Assembly: GCA_964016885.1 (NCBI GenBank) | Contig: OZ024742.1 | Location: 217,372,001-217,436,000, forward strand | Reading direction: 5' to 3' | Origin: Eledone cirrhosa | Lineage: Eukaryota | DNA: 64,000 nt | Part shown: positions 25,398-37,029 of the stretch, one piece after another | Layout: every line of letters begins with the position of its first letter | How positions within the stretch are numbered: position 1 is the stretch's first letter | Notes under the pieces: model-generated | Seen by the model: only the letters and a program-made list of their open reading frames with translations | The model's database searches: none | What the model was told of the DNA's origin: nothing | Made by a program: the position numbers and the translations under genes

Positions 25398-28300
25398 TGG
25401 AGAACACTCTTCCCTGTGCACATATCCCACCATTGATTACTGCTGACTCCACAGCATCACCTGCTATCATTGAAAGATGTAGTTTGTACCAAAGGATGGG
25501 CAACTCTACAAAGGAAGCAGTGGGGAATAGTGATTTTGATAACAGCACAGAAGAAGAGGTGATTGCTACAAGTGAGAATGGCTTGGATAATTCAAATTTT
25601 GACTTTTATTCCTTGCCTCAACATCCTCAGAGCCAAACCGAAGGTGTCAGTCCAGCAAGCATTTTAGATAGCCACAGTCGATCCCAGAACAACAATAACA
25701 ACAATCGAATTAGTTATTACAATAACAATAGCTCATTTGATGAGGAATGTAGCAGTGCTGGTAGAGAAACAAAAAGTGATTCCCAAAACTTCCATGCCAT
25801 AGGTGATTTCCACTCTAAAAACCCTGTTACAGAACCACCATGTAACGGAGCTTCTGGTAACTGTGAAATCTCTTTGCATGAGTCCTTACCTTCTCTGGTA
25901 AGTACGGAGTCACAACTAGGAACTGTGCCAAAATGGCAAAGCTGTTCTCCTCTGCAATCTGTCAGTGCCTCAAACAATGAAAACTGCGAGACAGTTGTTA
26001 ACAATTTGCAGGCAGCAAGGCCAAAAGAAACCAGTAGTGATCCAAACCCTTCTTACCACTACCATCTTCCCCAGTATCACAGCCAGAACCATCATAGTCA
26101 TCATCATCATCATCATCACCATAGCCAGCAGCAGATAAATATCCCTGTCCATAGTAATTACAGTACTTCTGATAACAGGCGAAACACTTTCTCATCAGTG
26201 ATCCAGAAAGATAGCTCCACTTCTGTGAAACTGCATCAGCCAAAGCTATCTAAATCATTATTGAGTAAAAGTGATACAATTTCTTCCACACAGATGGCTG
26301 ATACTGCTGCTGTTGCCGCCGCTATTTCTACAAACACTACAACAATTACTACGTCTACTACAACAACAATGATGCCTTATAGCAATTGCACTCTTTTCAA
26401 ACAAAGCCCTCTGGTTCAAGTAAATGGGCCTGTTAATGGTAATATGCCTTGTTCCTCTAAATGTTACACTCTTCAACAAACCAATGGCCTTGTAATGACT
26501 CCAGATTTCAAGACCATCTCTAAGATATCACAGCTGCAGCATGTTGAGAATCAAAACCCCAAAAAGCATTCGGCTGTTAGTGACTTGGTAAATTATGAAG
26601 GTAGCCTTGATGTAGCTACTGCATCAAAATCGGACTTAATTCAGTCAAAGTTGAAAAATGCCAAGCAACAACAGCACACATGTAAATCCTTAAAATATGA
26701 AAACAATAGCAACATGATGAATTCCACTTCTGTGGCAGCTGGGACATCTGTATCTTGTATTAACTGCAACAACTGCACAAACACCAATACTACCACTAGC
26801 AGTAAGTTAGTGGGCAAAAAATGCAAAGCACTTTACAACTTGCAATGTAAGTTTCAAAAAAACCGGTTCATTTCTTCATTGCAAGACTGCTGTCGAGCTT
26901 GCAACAGCTTTGAAGGATGTTGTGGATCAAGTGAGTCTTTTGAATTGGAAACCGAACTTTTGTGCCCCAGTTACTCTTACTGTGATCCAGACAATATTGT
27001 GCATTATAATAAAGATAATAATTACAAGAGTCAGATTGGGACTTGTGTTGAGGAGAGCTCTGTTTCTGTTGGTGATAGCAATGCTACTTTAAACTCAAAT
27101 AACTTTCGCTCAAATGATTTAGGTTCTTCGGGAACAGGGGCTATAGACAATCGGGAAGAAGACTTTGGAGATTTTATTGAAGCAGATTTCCCCCCTGTGC
27201 AGGCAAGCCGTCTTATGTCAAGTTCTACCGATTCCACAGATTCATCTTCATCTCTGACCAGTAGTGACATCAATGAAACCAATAACCAACATATTGTTGC
27301 TAGTATAAATGATATTGCAATGTCAAGCCATGAACCCAGTTACAGCCACTTTCCAAATAGTAATTGTTTTAAGAATTGTGATCATAAAAAACACAACCAA
27401 CTTTCTTTTCCTAATCCCTCAACTAGTGCTTGCAATAACTCTAAATGTAGTGAAAATAGCTATGTTGGTTTGTCTGGGTTTGGTGATAGTAATAGTGTCA
27501 AGCATGAACATGGTAGTTCTGTGATAAAATGTGCTGATGTCTTGAAAGTTTCTTCTTCGTTACTGTCAAAATCTCCTTCTACTCAATCATCCCCATCAAC
27601 CTCACCCTCTTCTGAAACCTCACCTCCTACATTGTTATGTACCAGTGATAACCAGCTGCAAAGCAACTGTGTAAATAAACCTGAAAAAGAAGTTGGGTGC
27701 TCTGAAAACATCAGTGGTGTCAAAGTTCCACAGTGCCATAACTCTTTCACTGCAATGCAATTACCTTTGTGTGGAGCAATAAACAGCTGTCAACCTTCTG
27801 ATGATACTGTGATGTCTCCGGAAGTAGATTTTCTTGATTTTGATATTGTCTCCACAACCACACCAAACTTAGACTCGGAACAAAACTTGAACAGTGCTGG
27901 CAGCTCAACTAGTGCAATGGACATGGAGTTTCTCGAATTTGATTTGGCATCCACTTCCACCCCAAACTTAGAGCAAAACCTGAATAGTGCTGGTAGTTCC
28001 ACCGGTGCAATGGGCTTTGAGATTTCACTGAGTGAAATCCCTTATGCCGATGATGTTGACTCTGCTTGCCCTAGTCCAACTGGAGATATGCTCCAAATGA
28101 ACTCTAATGAATCAGCCCCTTCCAAAACACAATTAACAAATTGTGCTACAAATGATTTGAGTGCATCTAGCAGTAACTCTAATCTGTCTGCTCTTGAAGA
28201 TCCTACACTGCCTCACAGTCATTCTAATTTCCAAAACCATCACATGACACAGAAATGTTTCTCCAATCTAAATCTCGATGATCAAGATGATGTGTCAGTT

Positions 28301-28452
28301 GATTCAGAAGAAAGTGGTTCTCATGACAGCAATGAAATAGGAGAGGCAGATGATCACTGCCACTTAGTTTCTCTTTGTCTTTCACACAATGGACTTCAAA
28401 ACAATTTTCTGTCATCTCCAAGTTCACCAACTAGTGAGGACAGTGATTTCCG
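25397..28452 (+). CDS. Coding exon 1 (giant exon; exon starts at 25330) of an uncharacterised 1481-aa protein; low-complexity Ser/Asn/Cys/His-rich N-terminal region
   Basis: About 1020 open codons in AT-rich DNA. Poly-T tract then CAG acceptor ending 25329, in-frame upstream TAA at 25361, ATG at 25397 in gtgATGG context, donor CG|GTGAGT at 28453 (phase 2). Confidence 0.9.
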
Positions 28453-28569
28453 GTGAGTCAATAAAAGCTTCATATTTCAATTGATTTTGTTACAACCCAA
28501 ATAAAAGGTTTTCATTTGTATATACATATTTTTTCTAATATTCAAATGGTAGGGTGTATTTAGATACTA

Positions 28570-28990
28570 TATCATTACCATCAGCATCACAGCTAACATC
28601 ACCATCACAGCCAACATCATCATAGCCACCATCATCATCACAACCACCATCATCATCACAGCCATCATCACCAGTGCATTTCTTTTTCACATGTACATAT
28701 CTGTGTTGACAAGATGTTCAGTAGTCAATCAACTGCTAAGTATAGCTTCCTATGTATCTATTTCCTAACAATAAATACATCTATATTTCTTTTTCTCTGT
28801 CTAATGTGTCTAGCTATCTCTCTAACCACCTACCTACCTATCTATTTATATCTATCTACCTAACTGTCCATCTATTTACATACATATATGTATATCTACT
28901 TCCTACCTACCTATCTACCTCTATATCCATGTCAGTGTAGCTATCAATCTATAGTTATCTATATATGTATATTTACCAATTTATCTATCT
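28570..28990. repeat. Degenerate (CAT/CAC)n followed by (TCTA/CCTA)n simple repeats
   Basis: Seen directly in the intron after the giant exon. Confidence 0.8.
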
Positions 28991-29611
28991 TCAGACAAGA
29001 AAGACCAAAACAACAAATCCTAATAGCAGTCTGGAAATAGACAGACATATTAGTAGAACAAATTCATCATAATTTAGTGGGTGTATGTTTGATAATGATT
29101 AAAGAAAATGATTGTAATTGATTTAAATGAATGCAAAGTGAAATACAATGATGGCTAGAGTGACAAGGAGAAAGTCAAGGAAAATCGAGGATTCAGATTA
29201 TCTTTACACAGAATGTTTTAATCAAGGAATTATTGAATTAAATATTTTTTACTATAAACCCTGTCACTTTTGATGGGTATATATAACAGCATCTATATAG
29301 CAAGTTGTTACTTTTATTTATGATTTGATCAACCCTGATCAAATGGCTGGAAAGCACAGTTGACCTCAATGGTTGGAATTTGAACACTGAGTGTAATTGG
29401 CTGTAATTGAATATTGTCATTTTACATTCACTATCCTTGCTGGCAAAGGTTGGACTTGTCACGGTCCATGACTAAACTGGCTGGAGAACCACAACTTGCC
29501 ATACATTCCATATTTAGCAAGGGGAAAGAGCATGATGCCATTATCATTAGAGTAAGATATTTAGACTAGATTTGATGCTATGCAGTATTTGGAATTAATA
29601 GATCAGTTTTA

Positions 29612-29905
29612 CATTTCATCATTCTGGGATGAATGAAATATTTACCACCATCATACTGAGGTTTAGTCATTCTGAGATCAGTAAAATAACTACCACCAAC
29701 ATACTGGAGTTTAGTGATTCTGGGATTAGTAAAATAACTACCACCAACATACTGGAGTTTAGTGATTCTGGGATTAGTAAAATAACTATCACCAACATAC
29801 TGGGGTTTAGTGATTCTGGGATTAGTAAAATAACTACCACCAACATACTGGGGTTTAATCATTCTGGTATCTGTAAAATATTTACCACCAGCATACTAGG
29901 GTTTA
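29612..29905 (+). repeat. 48-bp minisatellite, about 6 copies
   Basis: Unit gtaaaataactaccaccaacatactggagtttagtgattctgggatta. The ORF track shows 16-aa periodicity. Confidence 0.9.
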
Positions 29906-30215
29906 ATTAATCCACTCTGATACTTCTTAAATAATCTATCAGCTAATTACAAAAAACAACAAATATTATTATCTTAACCATATTAGTATGATAAAAGCAA
30001 TATTAGAATCACATGATGTACATCACTCACACCCTCAAATAGTGTCTGAACATCCCTGCACCCTATTTATGCATCCCTTAAGATTCTGCGGTTATACTTT
30101 TATGTCTGAAATATTTATATTTGCAAATCTATTATTATTTGCTGTTGATAACCACTTGTTTCCTTTATTTGTTTCTTTCTTTTTTTTGTGTGTGTTCATT
30201 GTTTCGATGTGCCAG

Positions 30216-30378
30216 TGATATTCCCGGTACACAAGAACCAATCTATGAAGATATTGATAGGGTCCGGTTAGATAAATGCACTGCTGACAGTCCTGGTGAC
30301 AAATGCTGCTGCACCTCTCTTTCTGACACTGATCACATGACAGACTCACATGTTTTAAATATGCAGCATTCTAGTAAG
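30216..30378 (+). CDS. Coding exon 2 (R-DIPGTQEPIYEDIDR...MQHSSK)
   Basis: Pyrimidine tract and CCAG acceptor, donor AAG|GTAAGT. Phase 2 in and phase 0 out, matching both neighbours. Confidence 0.85.
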
Positions 30379-30771
30379 GTAAGTTATTTGATGATAACTA
30401 TGTATGTCTATGAAATATTTCCAAATGTCTACTATTACAGATGCCATATAATTATAAACAGTGGGATTTCTACACATAACAATTATCTACTAAATGTAGA
30501 TATTTGCAGCTGTTTGAAACTAAGTAGTTGTTCTTAACCTCTTTTTAACATTACTTATGATTAAAATGTATTCTGTCTTTTCCTCAAGACCCCATTATCT
30601 ATAATGGCATTCTTTTCTAAGACAGTAATGTGATTTCAGAGAGATTAGGATGCTATTTCTAGCAGGAAAGACAGAGTTCCTGACTCTTTTCAGAACCTCC
30701 AAGACTGATAAGAGGGAAGAAGAAAGTTATTCTCAAACTGGAAACTTGGTACAAATGCTTGTTACAGAATA

Positions 30772-31165
30772 TCATCATCATTATCACTGTTTATCATCTA
30801 TTTTCCATGTTTGCATGGGTTAAACAGATTGCCACGTACTGAGGTTAGACTGGTCAAGTAATTATGTCCTACTCAAATGTTCCATTTTTGGCTTGGTTTC
30901 TATGGTTAGATGCCCTTCATAATGCCAAACACTTTACAACATGTAGTGTGAGCATGGTGTCTATGGCTGGATGGCCTTCCAAAAGCCAACCACTTTACAG
31001 TGTGTACTGTGAACATGGTTTCTATGGCTGGATACCCTTCCTAACACCACTTTACAGCATATACTGGGAATATTTTATAGAGTAGACCGGATGTTTTTGA
31101 TATGGTACCAGCACTAACACCTTACAGTGCAGTCAGGTGTATTTTTATGATGGTACCATCACTGG
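30772..31165 (-). mobile_element. Old SINE family 2-related copy with internal repeats
   Basis: RTE-type tail and three repeats of tggtttctatggctggatgcccttc..ccactttaca. Confidence 0.65.
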
Positions 31166-31509
31166 GGAAGCTATGATATGAGGGGTCAAACCACTGTGTA
31201 AGAGGAAGCATTGGTTTTAAAGAGAGAGAGTTACATTTAGCAGTACATTGAGGCATGCCTAGCTTTCCATGCTGGCTTGGATTAGACAAAAGTGAATCGG
31301 GTATGTGAGTGGGAGTAGATTTTTCTTCCATACTGACATGGGTTGTGCAAGGAACTTGAATTAGGGAAGTGGAAGGACAATATGGGGGTGACTTATTTCT
31401 TCTTTCTGTACTAGCTTAGGTTGGACAAAGGAGGTTGGGGTAAAAATGTGGATGGAGGAGTACATGGGGTGTGGGGAGGTTAAGGGGAGCAGAGGAGTTG
31501 GTCTGTCTA

Positions 31510-32440
31510 CCTCTGCATTTCACCCTGCTTTCTCTTTTAGGCACACTAACATTACACATCCATCAGAGCATGCTTGTCTCATTTCTTTCCAAGCTTTGCA
31601 GATCCTCTGCACTCAAGATTTCATGCAGTATTGCCGTTCTCACACAGGCATCATACAACCTGCTTTTTGACCTAAGAACAAAGCACTTCATAGCCAACAA
31701 AGGTAGTAGGTCCCTTAACTATTTCCATCCACACTGCTTATTATGTGAGCTAGGTAATTTATAGCATGTCTCTTGTAGGCACTTACTACTTATTGTTCTT
31801 GTGCATATATCACATGCATAACCTACATTCTTTGTTAGCTTGCCCAAGATTTCACTACATCACTTGTTTATCCATAGTGTACATTTTTACAGTGTATAGA
31901 ATTTCTATCAGCTTATTTTTGCATATTGAGCATGGCCATTTCTTTGGTATCAGGGTCCTGTCAGCTTTCCTGTGTACTAGGACTTTAATCTTGGTTAAGT
32001 TGACTTTGAGGATGTTTGAGTCCAGGTTTTGCTTCTAAGTAGTTCATATGGGCAGCTATGGCTTAGAGGATTATAATAAACAGAAGGCGGCTAAGGATAG
32101 AGCCCTGGCAAACATCCACCTACATGCTGAATTCCTCACTATACGCATTTTTAATTTTCACTTTGCTGACTGCCCCTCTGTACATGGCTTGTACAGCCCT
32201 CACAAGCCATTTCTCTACCCTTAGTTTTCTAAGAGCCCACCAGATTATGAAGCAAAGCATTTTGTCAAAAGCTTTCACCATATCAATGTATGCTAGGTAG
32301 AGGCGCTTACTCTTACTTAAGTACTTCTCCTCCAGTTCTTTTTCAAGAAAGATGACATCAGTTTTACCTCAATCTGGCTCGAAACCAAACTGCATCTTGT
32401 CTAGGTTAACATGATCCCTGATCAATTGTGCTCTAACTCT
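31510..32440 (-). mobile_element. Degenerate RTE LINE RT fragment, same family as 1-545
   Basis: Shares gagcatggccatt..actaggactttaatctt..actttgagg with 235-320, and has a DKMQFGF-like motif on the minus strand. Confidence 0.8.
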
Positions 32441-33004
32441 AAAGCTGCTAATTATTTTATGTTAGGAGGTGCACTCCTCACCAGGGAGAAACTTTAGACC
32501 ATCAGTCTATCTCAACTTGGTGAAGATAAAATTTATTTGGCAAGTATGTAAATAGTTGCATCACAAAACTCCATACATCCTGATTCCTCCTCATTTATTG
32601 TACCATGCCCAAAGCCCATTAAAATCGCAAATTGTCATTAGGAAGTTACTGCCATTCGTTAGGGCAGTAGTCAGCACTAAGAAAATGTAAAAGTCAACTT
32701 TCAGTTTATCTGCTAGCTTGAAATATATGATTGGTAAATTGGCAGAACCCATAGACAAAACCTACAGACAAAATGATTTGTGTTATTTAGATGTGCACCT
32801 TTATATTCTGAGCTCATATCCCATAAAGTTAGGCTTTACTTTTCATCAGTCTGTTGTTGATAAAATAAGTATCAGCCTAGTATTAAGGATGATGTAATTG
32901 AATATAGCCTCCCCTGAAAATATGTAGCCTTGTCTAATGTTCTTATTGTAGTGGTATTTCTTAGGGATATATATGCATAAGAAATCATATATATATATAT
33001 ATAT

Positions 33005-33630
33005 ATCATCATATGTCTGCTTTTCCCTGCTTGCAAGGGTGGGACAGGTCCTATTGAGCACAACATCTCTCCATTCGTCACGGTCTTTTGTCATCTCCTC
33101 CATGAGCTTCAGCAATCTGAGGTCAGCTCTCGCCACCTCCACTCATGATTTTCATGGTCTTCCTCTACTGAGTCTTCCTTCTACTGGGATTTCTTGGCAC
33201 TTTACCCAGCGGTCATCCTCCATGTGCATCACATGTCCATACCAACACAACCTTCTTTCCCGCACACTACAGCCTATACACAGTTTCTTTCTCAACTCAT
33301 CTATGCTTGGTCGTTCACACACATTGACATTGCACATCCAACGGAGCATGTTTGCTTCATTTCTCTCCAGCCGTCACATAACCTCCGCAGTTGCTGCCCA
33401 TGTCTCACTACCAAGCAGCATCGCATCTCACACAGGCATCATATAACCGTCCTATCGTTCATAGGGAGAAACCCTTCTTTGACAACAGAGGAAGGAGCTC
33501 CCTAAACTTCTTCCAACCCGTCCTTATTCTAGATACCATGGCCTTGGAGCATCCTCCTCCCTTGCTAATCAGATCACCTAGGTATAGGAAGCTGTCAACC
33601 ACCTCTATAGATCCTACCTGCATTCGAAAA
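33005..33630 (-). mobile_element. RTE LINE 3' end
   Basis: SFLYLGD, MLRWMCNV..RLCWYGHV..GRLSRGRP, then tail cccttgcaagcagggaaaagcagac..atgatg. Confidence 0.9.
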
Positions 33631-34374
33631 ATGTTTCTATCACTGCGACTTCTACTATCAAATTTCCCTGTACATCTACTGCGTATGTATGTATATCTAT
33701 ATATATATGAGAAACTTTAAGATAAATTTAATGATTTTAATGTACGTAAGGCTACATATTATAAACTTCGCTGGAAATTTAAACGAATGTAAAAACCATT
33801 ATTATTCTCTTTGTATACTGAACAATTTAAAAGATTGCCTTTAGATGTTTCACAGTTAAATGACCATTCATCAGAAAAGCACCTTTTGTCCATGAAGAGA
33901 GCTATAGTCAAATGCTATTTATATCCACGATTCGGAGTGTTTCTCACATTTGTTTAAATTTTCACATTGAAGCTTATAAACTCCAATATTACAGGCATGG
34001 GGGTTAGAATTTCTCAGGAAAGAATCACTGGACAGATTTTATGAACCAAAAAATCAGCAGGAGACCCAGGAGTAGACCCAGAGCAAGATGGTTGATTAGG
34101 GATCTAGCCAGATCAATTGGAGATGGTCGTTTCTGAAGAGACCCATCGCAAGGCGTGTTTGTGAACTGTGTCCATGACCCTCCCAGGGATAATGCAACAA
34201 AACAGCAGTAGCAACTTATAACCTGCTGTTATACCTATTTCATATTTATTTGATATATTTCACATAACATTTATTTCTTTGCATCCATTTGTAGTTTTCT
34301 CTTCTATTACCTCACCCCACGCCTGTATTTACTTCTTGCTTCTGCATCATTGTTATTGTTATCTTTTGTGACAG

Positions 34375-34515
34375 AGGAAACACTCAATGAAGTCAAGACG
34401 ATCTAGTGTGGAGCGTGTAATGATCTGGGAAGAAGACCAAGCTTACCATAGACAAGTAAAACGGTCAGAGACTGAAGTCTCAGTATGTGGCCCTCTTGCT
34501 GTCCTTAACATGTTG
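34375..34515 (+). CDS. Coding exon 3 (RKHS...MIWEEDQAYHRQ...SVCGPLAVLNML); carries the putative catalytic Cys
   Basis: ACAG acceptor, TTG|GTAAGT donor, 141 nt, phase 0/0. CG followed by a hydrophobic helix is typical of papain-fold enzymes. Confidence 0.9.
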
Positions 34516-34572
34516 GTAAGTTACACAATTCTGTTAGTTTCCCTGAAATGTTTTATATATATATATCTATAC

Positions 34573-34798
34573 ACAGTGTCCCCCAAAAATGTATACATAC
34601 TTTGATTACCTGTACAGGCAATATTTATTAGAATGCACAGCTTTTCCAAAACATAAAATGATCTATAGACATAATTCAATTGTATGTAAACACCCAAAAA
34701 TGTTTACATAATTTAAATAATGCATATAAAACAATTTATTTGAAATGCATTTTTTAAAGATTTTTTTGTGTACATTTTTGGGGGACGCATACACACTG
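34573..34798. mobile_element. Tc1/mariner-like MITE just downstream of exon 3
   Basis: TIRs gtcccccaaaaatgtataca / tgtgtacatttttgggggac. Confidence 0.65.
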
Positions 34799-35574
34799 GT
34801 AACAGTTCAACACATGAGCCTCATTCTAAAATGCTCATTTTTCAAGATGTTTGGCTAACTACATGTATGCTATCTCTCCTTTCTAACTTTTTCCTATTTT
34901 CTTTGTTTTTTTACTTTCTTTCATCAGCTTCCTATTTCTTCTTCTCCCTCTCAAACAACCTCTCTTCTCTTTCATTCTATCTTCCAATGAAGGATTAACA
35001 TTTGAAACATTAAGACTCTTTTCCTACTATATCAATCATCAAATTAATATATCATCAGTGTTTGTATTGTTCTCGTGTTAATTTTCCTTGTTCACTATAT
35101 ACACAAAGTAATTTTAAAAATCGACTTCAAATTTTATCTTTCCACGAATTTTAAAAAAATTAAATACCGGTAATATTCTGGTAGATAGATTGATTCAATT
35201 AAATATATTACTTAATTCTTAAAAGCCCAGGGTAAGAAATCATAAGTCAACCGATTGACAGAATAGGTAGAATTTTAGTAATTGTTCCAGTTCATTGCTT
35301 TGCAAGTTCAATACCCACTGAGGACAAGTTTACTATTTTTTTCTTTCTGGGTCAATAAAGTAAGTTAGTACTGAAGAATGATTCTTTTCTCTCTCTATCT
35401 CTCCTTCTCACAGTCACTTTTGGGATCAGTTATACCAGAACACTGTGGAAAGTTGCTAGGAGTCTATTACTAGGATTATCTTGTTTCCAAGCAATGGAGG
35501 TGGGTTGAAAGTGGAGCCATCCCTTCTAGTATTTAATAGTTAATACACACCAACATTGTGTATTGTGTGCAAAA

Positions 35575-35970
35575 TATTTCCTGAGAAAACCCTTCAGAGA
35601 AACACCATTTCGGCTGCTTGTATTCGCAATCATATTCTTTTGGCCTTTACCCAAGATTCATGACCATAGGTGTGGGTTGGCATGAACACCGAATTGAAAA
35701 TAGAAAGTTTGGCTTTTACACCTACCTCTCTTCTCCGAATTAAGAGATCCCAGCTCCTTACAGATTTTGCTGAACAGATTTTTCAGGCAAAACCAACTGG
35801 CAGGAGACCTCGAGCTAGATGGTTAGATAACATCCATGAGCTCAGCTGGTCTCGCTTGGAGATCCAGCCAGATCAATTGGAGATGGATGATTCTGACAGG
35901 ACCTGCTGGAAAGAGTACTTGAGGACTCTGCCCACCATAACTCTCCCCACCATAACTCTCCCCTAGCAGA
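35575..35970 (+). mobile_element. 5'-inverted RTE (Rex3/Expander-like) LINE fragment
   Basis: 35575-35735 is antisense (KAKLSIFNSVF, YGHESW, IQAAEM). From about 35735 it is sense (RIKRSQL..KPTGRRPRARWLD). Confidence 0.75.
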
Positions 35971-37029
35971 GAAGACTATATATACAGTTACTGACTAATG
36001 ATTTATCCATGAATGTATAAATAAACTAAGAGGTGATGTACAGAATGACATACATAAACATTCTCAGTTATTGTATTCTGAAGCTTGATTTGATCAATTG
36101 ACAATGCTTTTTTGGAAAATGGGTCATGATACTTTAGACAGTATAATTTACCTAACTAGTTTCAATTAGAATGTATGTATGGCTAGTTCACCCTGCTCTC
36201 CCACCACCATCAACCAACTTTACAGCATAGACCCACTACTATCACAATACCTTCACTTACTAACTAAACTATTTACAATTTAGCTTACCAATGTACGCCC
36301 CACACTCTCTCTCTCTCTCTCCAGTAACTGATCCAGCAGTAATGCCTATTTGCATTAGATAACCAAGAACCCCATTTTCCAACGAATTGGTGAAGGTGAC
36401 CTGTCTAGGAAGCTACACAATCTCAAGATCCTCTGTTGAATCTTTTCGTAGTCACCATGTACTGAAAGATCTTAATTAATAGACCTTTGAGAATCTTGTT
36501 AGATTTTTTTAAAGACTGGCCTCAAGATGTCCTCTTTCTTAGACTGGTAGTTTTTACATTTGTAATGTACTAAAACAAGATTGCAAGCTAGATTATTCTA
36601 AAGTATTTAAGCAAGGTACATAACTCTTTGTGCTTCAACCAGAAGGCATCAAAACATTTATCTTGTAAACAGCTTTAGGAACAAAATTGTAAGAAGCTCT
36701 TTAGTTCTTTAGGCTTTTGGTTTTCAAACTTTTCCATTATACCCCTCCAAAGAAAAGTAACCTGTCATTTCCACTGTAATCCAATATTTAGTTTTATGGT
36801 GACTTCACAATAAAAAAGGAAATAGCAATATAACTTGCTACTATAGGAACAAACTTACCATTTCTTTTTTTATTGTTCTCACTCACAGACAATTTATTTT
36901 ACCCAGCAACTTTAGCTCTTCCTATTTTTTTATTTTCTCATTTAATCAACTGTTCACACTGTAGGTAAAATGGAGTACCTTTCTTGCTCTGAAATGGCTT
37001 ACTAACTCTATTGATTTTTCTGTCTTCTT

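Noticed and set aside
25717-28430. Short antisense and alternative-frame ORFs within the giant exon
   Set aside because: Shadows of the main coding frame with no independent signals.
29578-29910. 16-aa repeat ORFs on both strands
   Set aside because: Intronic minisatellite that is not part of the phase-consistent exon chain.
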